The notes under the pieces are model-generated. The model did not search any database. It was not told the origin of the DNA and worked only from the letters and a program-made list of their open reading frames with translations. Source: Ranitomeya imitator (Eukaryota). From it: a DNA stretch of 64,000 bases. This document shows, piece after piece, positions 37,501 through 49,500 of the stretch. The position numbers and the translations under genes are program-made. The DNA is taken from the NCBI RefSeq assembly GCF_032444005.1, contig NC_091282.1:143592001-143656000 (forward strand), given 5' to 3'. Numbering within the stretch: the first letter of the stretch is position 1; each line of letters starts with the position of its first letter.

Positions 37501-40500
37501 TGCAACGAGAACGACAACGATCCGTGACGTTGCAGCGTCCTGGATAGCGATCTCGTTGTGTTTGACACGCAGCAGCGATCTGGATCCCGTTGTGCCATCG
37601 CTGGTCGGAGCTAGAAGTCCATAACTTTATTTCGTCGTCAGGTCGGCGTGTATCGTCATGTTTGACATCAAAAGCAATGATGCCAGCAACATTTTACATG
37701 GAGCTAACAACCAGCGAGAACGATAAGCGAGTCGCCGTTACGTCACTGGATCGCTCCTGCATCGTTCTAGAGTTGCTGTGTTTGACGTCTCTACAGCGAC
37801 CTAAACAGCGACGCTCCAGCGATCGGCTCGTTGTCTATATCGCTGCAGCGTCGCTGAGTGTGACGGTACCTTATGCCGTATATAAACTACTAGAATTTGT
37901 TCACTGGGGTATCATAAAAAAACGTATGCTCTGGGGTACAGCAAGAAGCGAGACAAGAGCAGAAAGGGTGGAGTAGCAAAAGCATTCCTATTGTCTGTAA
38001 TCCCACAACAAATATGTATGGCTAACTCCAAAAATGTAGGGAGAAAAATACTCCCCTCGAACCCCGGTAACTTGGGTCAAAAAGAACCAAATTGGACTAT
38101 CCAGTGTGATTGGGAAGCCCTGCTCCGGCTGGCAACATGGCTGTCAAACAACAAGAAGAGTTAGTGGTATCTCCCTGCTGGAGCGTAGCTTCACAATCAG
38201 AGGATAGGCCACTTTATTGTCCTGATTCTTCTGGTACCCCTTCGCACAAATTCTATCTAGTGGCTTATATAAAAACAACAAAAAACTGACTGGCACATCC
38301 AGGCTAGTCTGAATAGGTGCAAACCGGGAGTAACTAACGCCATATACAAAAAGAGGTTGCACTCTGTTGTGCTAATGCATGTCAATGTGAAATACATAAT
38401 AGCAATATGGCTTTTGAATATTAGGAAAAAATGAATGAGATGCCTTGCACAAAATTTAGCTAAATAATGTCTGCCCATCAACCAATGTCAAGGTGGTCTC
38501 AAAGACTAATGGGTCCCTAACAAATGTGAACACCTCTCTTAGGCTGATGTCTGAATTCTTGGGTGAATGTGGACACCTTGAGACCACCTTGACGTTGGTT
38601 GATGGGCAGACATTATCTGGCCAAATTTTGTACAAAGCGACTCATTCATTTTTTTCCAAATATTCAAAAGCCATATTGCTATTCATATATTCATGCATTT
38701 CACATTGACATGCTTTAGCACGATAGAGTGCAACCTTTTTTGGTATAGTGATTTTATATAGTGATGCCTTATAGTCGTCTGTTGGGAATGGATGATTACC
38801 AAGCGCCAGGTACAGCCGATCACCAGGCCAATCCCTGGAGCAGAGTGCTTGACTGGTAATGTTCGAAGAATATCACAACTCGTTTCCTAATGTCTTGTGT
38901 GTTTTCTCTTTGCAGGTAAAGGCAAACGGTGGAAGAACTTGTATTTTATCTTAGAGGGTAATGATGCCCAGCTTATTTTTTTTGAAAGTGAAAAACGTGC
39001 AACAAAGCCCAAAGGATTAATTGATTTAAGTGTGTGTTCTGTCTATGTCGTCCATGACAGTCTGTTTGGCAGGTGAGCGCTTCCAATCCAATGTGTTTTT
39101 ATGTTTTTATCCTACTCCTAGGATTTAGTTGGGTACAATTTGCTCTTGATTAGGTGTTGCCAATAGATCTGCCATACCAACAGACGTAATCGGAGAGTCT
39201 CCTGCTTCAGGGAATCTGTAAAGTCCTAAACCCAGTAATAATTGAGACTCACAAGCCCATGATACATCTCTCTGCAAGCTCCGAGCTGTAGGGAGACATA
39301 ATATGGTACGCAGCTGTTTATGAGACCCTACTAGACTATATGCCTCCAACTTCAGCCAGTATTCCTGGCATGTTTCTTCAGTAGCTATATTACTGAAGTA
39401 CAGGACAAAGCCACCATTACGGAACACAAGGAATATCCATGACTCTGCTGTACTTTGTTCCATTCACTTTGTCATTCTTAACATTTCGTTTGCATTATGA
39501 GAGCCTTTATCCTGTGGATAACTCATTTACAGAAACTATTAATTGGCAGTCAGACGTTTGACAGTCAATTAAGAGCTTCTATACTGATATGTTAGAAAAT
39601 ACCACAAACTCATGTCCTCAACACCAAGATACAGTGGCGATCTGCTCCATTTGAAAAGTTTAAATTAAAAAGGATCAGATCTAAAATAGACTTTCTGCAC
39701 CAAACCTGAGCAGGAGACTACGCCAGAGGTAGGGCGACAGTTGTTTCACAGGTCACATCTGAGAACCCTTTTCACTGTTGTCCACATCTTTCATGAAACA
39801 TATCACATCCATGAATGTATGTGTTTTCACTTTGGAGGGCATATGTCCCCATATAGATGCATTGTAGGGTGAGGTGGGGGGTCTCTGGTTTGGACTTGGC
39901 AACACTGCAAGAAAAGTAGAATTCTGTCGGTAGATGGTTGTGCAACGTGCTCAACATATAGATCCCAACCATGGTTTCCCTTTTTAAAGGGAACCTGTCA
40001 CCCCCCACAACCCCCCCCAGGCATTTGTAACTAAAAGAGCCATCTTGTGCAGCACTAATGCTGCATTCTGACAAGGTGGCTCTTTTAGTTCTTGTTCCTG
40101 GCACTGCTGATATAATCGTTTTTGAAGTTTGTCCCTCATACCTTGAAATCACCAGTGGGGGGGGGCAGGTCTTAACCTTCCTAATCCAGACGCCTCACAG
40201 CTGTCACTCGGGGCTTCTGTGCGCCGGGCGCCGCCGCCTCCTCCTTCATTAGCGTTCCGGGCACCTGCACTGTTTTTTTTTTTTTTTTTTTCGGGCAGCA
40301 TGTGCAGTTGCGCTGCCCTTCAAACTTACAGCGCAGGAGCGGGGGACGCTAATGAAGGAAGAGGAGGCTGCGGCCAGATGCCATGAGTGACAGCTGTGTT
40401 GTGTCTTGATTCGGGGGCAAAGACCTGCCCCCGTGGTGATTTCAAGGTATGAGGGACAAATTTCAAAAGCGATTTATTGCAGCTGTGCCAGGAACAAGAA

Positions 40501-43500
40501 CTAAAAGCCACCTTGTCAGAATGCAGCATTAGTGCAGCACAAGGTGGCTCTTTTAGTTACAAACGCCTGGGGGGGGGGGGGTGACAGATTCCCTTTAAGC
40601 TAACACTATTATAGGGATCTATTATGCTGTTTGATAAGAACAGTAGTCTGACAACCAGTCTGAGACTTGGATGATAAAATATGACTTTGCTACATTGCCC
40701 AATACTTGCCTTACCGTACCACTGCGATGTCACCAAACGGCATCCATCATAAGCGGAGATGTGCCACAAGTCACTGCTAAAGCCAACACTGGAGCCGGGT
40801 ATAAGGGGAATATGGAATCAACGCCACAGGAGAAAGCTGAAGGGAATATTACACTTTTTGCTATTTTATCTTATTTTTATCTGATTGTTAAAAAAAACAA
40901 CTTGGGCTTAAAACCTGTCTTTAGTAATCGTCAAAACAATAAATGTCAGATTTTTCTTTCAGGCCAAACTGTTTCCAGATTGTAGTTCAGCACTTTAGTG
41001 AGGAGCATTATATATTCTACTTTGCTGGGGAGACCCCTGAACAAGCGGAGGTAACGTAATAGAAGTAATGTGTGTATATGGATAGGATTCAGGGCTTCTG
41101 TTATAGCTGTGGTCAACAATCTGGGGGCTGCTCCTGATGGGGGGGTGCAGATTCCTAGAACTACAGTTTGCTGACCACTGCAGCAAATAATTGTGTGCTT
41201 GTGCGCTAATCTGTCATCATTAATACTTGCCTTTCTTCCCTCTTTCTGCATACGTAATAAATGTATGGTACACAAGCTGTAAACCCACTGTACCCATTTG
41301 ATGGTTGTACCATCTTTCAGCCCAGGTGCTCCTGTGTTGTCTATGAAGGATCCATGCCAGACATGTCTGGTGGTGGCTCATCTTTGAGAGACAACATGAT
41401 CTGCAAGCCAAAGGTGGTAACCCCTGGTTTAAAGGTTCAAGTCCTGCTGCCTTGTGACAGGTTGAGACCCCCCAGATAAAATTTGTGTGAATAAAAAAAA
41501 CAAGTGTCTCTTGCTGCAAAGATAGTAGATTGATGTTCTTATGTTGGACTGCGCGTTTCTACACTGTACTGGCATTTTTTTTTTTTTTAGTCAAAGATCT
41601 GATGTTTTTTTCTCCTTCGCCTCATTGGGGGACACAGCCCGTGGGTGTATGCTGCTGCCAATAGGAGGCTGACACTAAGTGATACAAAAAAAGCTAGCTC
41701 CTCCCCTGCAGCATACACCCCCCTTCTGGCTCTCAGCTAACCAGTTCTTGCTTAGTGTCTGTAGGAGGCACATGGGTCTGTTTCAGACCCCAACGTTTTT
41801 ATTTTGTTTACTTTTCTGTAAATTTTTATTTTTTAATTAACGGAGTGAAGGGGGCGACGGATCCTTTCATGGTCCCGATCTCCCCCGAACCATCAACAGG
41901 CGAGCACGGCGAGTATACCTCCCCGTACCCTCTGCTGCGACGTGGGAAGCCATGCCTGAGCTCACCTCAGGGGCGACGGTTCCTTCATGGTCCCGATCTC
42001 CCCACACCAGCAGCAGGCGACCACATGGAGTGTCGCCTCCATGTATCCTCTCCTGGAGCCAGGCCTAATGCCGGACAACTGGCCCTGTCCACCCGGACTG
42101 AACTCCGTGGCTGTACAGAGGCCCCTCTCTATGGCGTCCGAGCAGCCCCCACTGTCCCACCACTGTGAAAGCGGATGGCACAAGGAGGCGGACGGGTCCT
42201 CTCCACCTCCCTAACAAAGGGATGATGGATTGAGGCTTATCCCTGCACCGTCCACGCTGCACAGAACAGCGCTGAAACCCACATCCGCGGCGGCTCCATG
42301 CCGGGACGCGCACCAATGGTGAGTGGATCCATCTTCAGTGGGATATTCACATGCTGACAGGCAGCCTCAGCCACTTCCCTGTGGCCCACCTCTCTGAGGT
42401 AACGCTCTGGATGGCTGCAAAAATTTAGTCCCCGGCTTCGGCCGATTTGTAGGCCGCATCCTGGAAGTCTTGCCTGGAACGACCCACTGGTGACGTCCGC
42501 CGGCTACAGAAATTTAGGCCCCGGCTTGGGCCTATTCAACATCGTGTCTGTGGCTCCGCCCCCCAAATTGGCGCTTCTCGCTCTCTGCGAGATTTTATCT
42601 ACTCTGCAGCTCCCGGTGGCCATCTTGGTCCACCCGGCCAGCTCACACTGGGGTGACAGTATTTTTTTTTTTGTTTGTTTCCTGGTCTTAAAGTTGCATG
42701 ACCAGTATTCTCTGGTCTTAAAGGTGCATGACCAGTATTCTCTGGTCTTAAAGGTGCATGACCAGTATTCTCTGGTCTTAAAGGTGCATGACCAGTATTC
42801 TCTGGTCTTAAAGGTGCATGACCAGTATTCTCTGGTCTTAAAGGTGCATGACCAGTATTCTCTGGTCTTAAAGGTGCATGACCAGTATTCCCTGGTCTTA
42901 AAGGTGCATGACCAGTATTCTCTGGTCTTAAAGGTGCATGACCAGTATTCTCTGGTCTTAAAGGTGCATGACCAGTATTCCCTGGTCTTAAAGGTGCAGG
43001 ACCAGTATTCCCTGGTCTTAAAGGTGCAGGACCAGTATTCCCTGATCTTAAAGGCGCATGACCAAGTATTCTCTGGTCTTAAAGGCGCATGACCAGTATT
43101 CTCTGGTCTTAAAGGCGCATGACCAGTATTCCCTGGTCTTAAAGGCGTATGACCAGTATTTCCTGGTCTTAAAGGCGCTTGATCAGTCCGAGGAGTCCTC
43201 CGCTGCCGACCCCAGCTTTATCCTCTAGTTCCCCTCAATGGACTTCTTCACTGACCAATCCATGGTTCTCTGACCAAGAGACTGAATCCCTCTGTGTACC
43301 CTCTGTGTTTGGAGTGCTCGCAGGACCAATATACAGGGTCCCTATCCTACCTGGGAGCCGTCGGCTAGCAGGGGCCGCAAGTATTCTAGAAACGTGCAGG
43401 CATCCAGAAACATACAGGTATCTAGAAACATACTGGTATCTAGAAAACGGAAGTTTTTCGTTTCCTGCTCCCTCACCAATGATTTGATGACAACAAGGCT

Positions 43501-46500
43501 CTGAATATGGATTGGATATTGCCTGAGCTTGCCAGAGCTTCAGAGACTAAACTCCCTCGAGAGCATTTGCCATTCAATTCGGATAAGCGATTCACTGGAC
43601 AGAAGCCTCTACGTGGGATGCCATGCCTGGCCTGTTTTTTAAGGGCGACGGGTCCTTTAAAGGGCACCGATCTCCCCACACCATCAACAGACGAGCACAC
43701 GGAGTGTCGTCTCCATGTTTCCTCTTCTGCATCCAGGCCTAACGCCAGACAACCTGTCCTGTCCACCTGGAGACCTGTACTCTGTGGACATATAGAGGCA
43801 CCCTTTTTGGCGTACGAGCTCCCCCCTCTGCATCACCACTATTTAGTGGATGATGCAAGAAGGTGGACAATTCCTCTCCACTTCCCTGTTAAGAGGTTGA
43901 TGGATCGAGGGTTCCTAATTTTTATCTCTGCACCGTGAAAAGAGGAGATGGCAAGAGACTAAGACCTGCTGGATGCAGCCGCACAATCTGCCATGGGGCA
44001 GATTAACCGGGTAGAATCTCCTGTGGTATACCTACCAGTATCCCTACCTGATGGGTCATCAATTAAAAATACCACGGACTGTCAGATAGCAAATCTGGTT
44101 CGTTCCGTCTTGCGGCTTCGGGTCCAGCGCTCTATCCTCCCTAGCGGCCACATGAATTGCTAGAGCAATGGTCTCCTGGCTGGAGACCTTAACTACCCTG
44201 ATTCACACCAGCAACAACTGGCCAATCAAATCCTTTGAGTGGGAGACTGACAAAGGATTGTATAAGGATTGTCCAGCACAGTCTAGCTCTAAGGGATCTT
44301 GGTTCCAAACAGGGGAACGAAAAGTAAGATCGACCCTGGACCTCAAACTTCTAACAACCTTTGACATGGTCCTCCTTCTTTGGATGGAGTTCCTCCGCTC
44401 AGCCATTACTTCAACAGAAAAAGGTGCAGTTTCCGGCATCCATCGACATTCGGGTTGCTTGCCCTCTGCAAAAATTCCTTCGCCTTTCCATTCGTCAGCA
44501 GCATTTTCAAGTCACAACCTTGTCCTTCGGCCTTGCTTCCGCACCCAGAGTGTTTTCACGGGTCATGGTAGATGTCATGTTTCTCTTGCACTCTAGAGGC
44601 GTGCTCGTCCTGCCCTGTTTGGTCTGTCTAGCCGCCCTTCCAGGACTACGCTGAGTCGTCTATATCTCTTGCGATACCTTCTCTCCTGGGCTGGCAGCTA
44701 CACTTAGACAAGTTCTCCTCATTTCCAGCCCAGCAGATATCCTTTTTGAGGATGATCCTGCACACTTCTAGAAGGATGGTAATTCTTCCTCGAGACAAGG
44801 TCATGGCCCTTCAACAGGGAGCTCGCGCAAGGAGAGTTCTGAGGACTTGATTACTCACCCCCTCATTTCATTCGATTTGCTAAGAGAGTTCTGAGGAAAA
44901 ATGGTGACGACAATGGAAGCGGTTTCCTTCGCTCCGCTCATTTTCAGCAAGTCAAACAGGCTCCTTCTTCATTCAGGGCCTTTCTCCCGGTTCAATGGTT
45001 ATTAGTAACTACCAATGCCAGTCTTCTTCTCCCCATCATTGTTCTGGAGATCCGAACGGTAGTTATACAGCAGGTCCACTGCCTTCTGGCGGGTCTCCCT
45101 ATCCGAATTCAATTGGATAATGCGACGGCGGTGCCTTACGTCAGTCATCTAGCAGGTACCCACGGTCAGGCGCCTTAGCCGAGATACCTCACTTTCTCTG
45201 ATGGGCCGAAGTCTATTATTCAGTGATCTTGGCAGTATATATCCCAGAAGTAGAACTCTGAACGGCAAACAAATTCAGCCGTCAGGGTTCCGCCTCAAGT
45301 CAGTGGGAACTTCACCCAGAAGTCTTCCATCAGATCTGTCCTTACTGGAGCTCTCCAGTTGTAGGTGGGATGACATCCAGACTGAAGGCCAATGTACTCA
45401 AGTTCGTGGTTCGGCCTCGAGATCCAAGAGCCATCGCTCTCCATGCTCTGGTTCTGCCGTGGTACCAGTTTCCATAACTCCCCATCCACTGCTTCCGAAA
45501 GCCTTTCGGAAGCAGAAAGGGGCCCCAGTGATCCTCAGAGATCCGCACTGACCACGTCCGTTTTTTTGTTTGCGGAGCTAGTATCTTCTCGCCTTATCGC
45601 AGCACAACTGCAAGTAGGGACTTTCTCACAGGGAGTTTTCACACGTAGTTCTTCCCTATCGCATACCGTTAGATCATTGGGACCTTATTATTCCTAGGAG
45701 CCTTACAGTAGGCTCCTTTTTCATCCGGGCAGACTTTACTATCAGGGAAAGTCGTCCCGTTCTCCTCTGCGATATTCTCACTCTGACGAGTCTTCGGAGC
45801 TAGCTTCTCTGCTCTTTCAGATTTTTTTCCCTTATTACCTTCAAGGCAAGGTTGTCCTCAGGCCATCTCCATCCCTTGTTACCAAGGTGGGACTGTATTA
45901 CCACTGTTATGAGGGCTTAGTTCTTCCCTCATCTCTTTTGGCTCCAGTCCACAAAATGGAATAAGATCCCCCATATTCTGGAAGAAGTGAGTGCTCTGAG
46001 TAGGTACGTCTTGACAACGGCGTCCTTCTGAAGGTTGGACATTTTATTTGGGCTTCCTGACGGTAGAGGAAGGCTTCCTGACATTTTCAGGAAGGGTTTA
46101 GCCGTTTCATCGACCATGATAACATGGTGAATTCTTTTCACCATCCAGGAGTCCTTCCGTGCTAGATGTCAGCGTATCTCCCTGTCTATCAAGTGTCCTA
46201 GGCACCAGGCGCCTGCAAGGCACGCCTGCAAGCTTGCGGATTCGTCCAGTCCGCATGCATTCTTGAAGCACTATAATTCCCACACTTCCACAGATGTGAG
46301 TCTGGGCAGGCGGACTCTGCAGGCCGCGGTGGCGCACTTGTAAGTAGCGGTTACACAGGGCCTGATCTATTGTTGTCCCCACCCAGGGACTGCTTTGGGA
46401 CGTCCCACGGTCTGTGTCCCCCAATGAGGCGAAGGAGAAATAGGGATTTTTGTGTACTCACCGTAAAATCCTTTTCTCCGAGCCATTCATTGGGGGACAC

Positions 46501-49500
46501 AGCTCCCACCCTGTTATTAGCTTATGCTTGTTTTTTTTTAGAATATGACATGCTATATGCTCATATATTGTTATTGATCTCCTACTGCTTTTGCACCAAA
46601 CTGGTTAGCTGAGAGCCAGCAGGAGGGTGTATACTGCAGGGGAGGAGCTAACTTTTTTTGTATCACTTAGTGTCAGCCTCCTATTGGCAGCAGCATACAC
46701 CCACGGTCTGTGTCCCCCAATGAATGGCTCGGAGAAAATCCCTATTTTTTTTCTTCTTGTAAAAACATGTTGTCCAATAAAGAACCTACCTACTATCTTT
46801 GCAGAAAAAGACGTTCTTCCAGCCATGCAGTCCATTTTAAAGTGTTTTTCCTCTCCTGGAGAATAAAGCGATATTGTTACATACCATGCCTCCATACGTT
46901 GTCCGTACAATGGAGACCTCTCCGTGTACGGTGCAGACGGCATTATTTCCTACACAGCGGAGTGCCCGCAATCCCAGCTAATCATGGCACTGTCGTTCTT
47001 GGCAGTGGGATCAGGCGGTTTTCTGCTCTGTAGTGTAGAGTTGTATCTGATTATGTAAAATCCACTCTACAATATGAATGTGCTATACGGATCTACTTGA
47101 AATCTGTTTTTTTTATATTTTATTAGGATTGGATGAAAAGTCTTCAGGCATTTTGCAGTCTACGGAAAACAACACAAGCCTCATCTAATAAACGGCTCAG
47201 ACAGGTCTGTCTCTCTGTACCTAATATTGTCCTAAAGTAAATGTTCACAGCAGACTGGGACACTGATGGGGCAGAGGTTTAAACAGCTGCTATCACTGAA
47301 GAGCATCCTTTCCCCCTATAAAGCTTTTATTGTAGAAATCCCATATTCCAGTCATGTGAAATGAAGACTAGAAACCATATGTAAGTTAGTTTGGGACTGG
47401 ACTGGCGGGTGTCGGTGTAATTGGACTGATGCGAGCGTCCAGCCTGATTTGCATATGGTTTTTACTCTTCATTTCTCATGACTGGCATATTGGATTTGAA
47501 AGAAAAAAAAATTTACTGGGTGACCAGCATTTATACAGCTATACCATTGCTTCATATGTAAAACGTGCTGATGGGTTCCCTTTAAGATGTGTGGTGCAGC
47601 GTGCCATTTTTTTTTTTTTTCTAACTATCATTTTTATAAAGCACATCTTTACACTGCGATATGTATATATATTTTTTTCCCCCTTATTTTTAGGTCAGCA
47701 GCCTTCATTTGCACATAGAAGAAGCTCATAAGCTCCCAGTCAAACATTTCACTAGTCCATATTGTAACATCTATCTGAACAGTGTACAGGTAGCAAAGAC
47801 GCACGCCAGGGATGGCCAAAATCCTGTTTGGTCGGAAGAGTTTTTCTTTGAGTAAGTTTCTGTACCTCTTTTTTAATTTTTTTTTTATTTGTAGTTGACA
47901 GCACCATATAGATTCAGTACTGTTCAGAGCTGTCAGGAGCCCTTATCAGTGCCAGAGGGAACATTGGTGAAAGAAGACAAAGTTTTCCAGCTCTGGAGGT
48001 AAAATCAAAAACCTCTTTATTTTACAATGATAAAAAGAGAAAGAGGTTAGCTTCTGGACATAGACCAGTATTTACCAGAGGAGAGATGCCGTTGTATCAT
48101 TGAACGTAGTGTAGTGTTACTGAGGACTAAGAACACTACACGTGTTCGAAACGCGTAGTGATACAACGGTATCTCTCCTCCGGTTAATACCGGTCTATGT
48201 CTAGCAGCTAATCTTTCTCTTTTTATCATTGTGAAATAAAGATTTTTTTTATTTTACCTCCGGAGCTGGAAAACTTGTCTTCTCTCACCAGTCTTCAGCG
48301 TCAAGCAGAAACGCCCTTCCGTGCTCTGATTTCTTTCATGGACTATGAAAGTACCTACAAGGGTGAGCTGAATTTTCTCTTTTTTACCAGAGGGAACATT
48401 ACAGGAAGATTAACCGGAAAAGGCTCCTTATAATACCCGTGGTGCAATGTGGCCCCATAGTCTTCTGTGTGCACAGAGCCATAATACGGTTGTTTCCATG
48501 ATCCCTTCTTTTCACACACCATATGGTGAATGGCTATTATAATTTATTTACTGCTGCATCGGCGCTCCATGCATCAGATGACACAAAGGCTCCATGTCCA
48601 CATTGCCCAGCTCCTCTGGCTCCTTATCTGCATTGCCCAACTCCTCTGGCTCCTTATCCGCATTGCCCAGCTCCTCTGGCTCCTTATCCGCATTGCCCAG
48701 CTCCTCTGGCTCCATATCCGCATTGCCCAGCTCCTCTGGCTCCATATCCGCATTGCCCAGCTCCTCTGGCTCCATATCCGCATTGCCCAGCTCCTCTGGC
48801 TCCTTATCTGCATTGCCCAGCTTCTCTGTCTCCTTATCCGCATTGCTCAGCTCCTCTGGCTCCATATCCGCATTGCTCAGCTCCTCTGGCTCCATATCCG
48901 CATTGCCCAACTTCTCTGGCTCCATATCCGCATTGCCCAGCTCCTCTGGCTCCATATCCGCATTGCTCAGCTCCTCTGGCTCCATATCCGCATTGCCCAA
49001 CTTCTCTGGCTCCATATCCGCATTGCCCAGGTCTTCTGGCTCCATATCCACATTGCCCAGGTCTTCTGGCTCCTTATCCGCATTGCCCAGCTCCTCTGGC
49101 TCCTATATTAGCGGCTAGGATTTTGATGGCTACTCCGGGTGTCTGTAAGGCACATCCTATTAACATTTTAGGAGACTTTTGCTAATATTTAGGTAATTGC
49201 ATTTGCAGTAATTGACAGATTAAAAAAGGGAAAAACTTTTAATGTAAAGCTGAAATCTTTGACCAAAGTGAGTTTCTGAAATGATTCTTTTTTTTTTTTT
49301 TCTTTTCTTTTTTTTTTTAAGCGATTTATCAACTGATATAAACAGGTTTGAGATTAGCCTAAGTAACAAAACAAAGAAAAGCAAAGATCCTGACATATGT
49401 AAGTAGCGGTCTCCGCGTCAGTACTGATGTCTGCAGATTTTCTAGTAGGACTCATGGATGTGACCTTCCCGCGTTCATCTTCCTTAGTATTCATGCGCTG

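Noticed and set aside
42490-43092. 200-aa ORF with ([10 protein letters not shown])n
   Set aside because: It is a by-product of the 30-bp VNTR; the sister array in DIRS-D reads a different peptide.
42681-43178. CRISPR-like array (30-bp palindromic repeats)
   Set aside because: Units are directly adjacent with no unique spacers, there are no cas genes, and the context is a eukaryotic intron inside a DIRS element.
48523-49185. ORFs of 89-220 aa on both strands ([10 protein letters not shown] / [10 protein letters not shown] repeats)
   Set aside because: A stop-free 30-bp minisatellite gives open frames in most phases; it lies in RASA1 intron 14 with no splice support.
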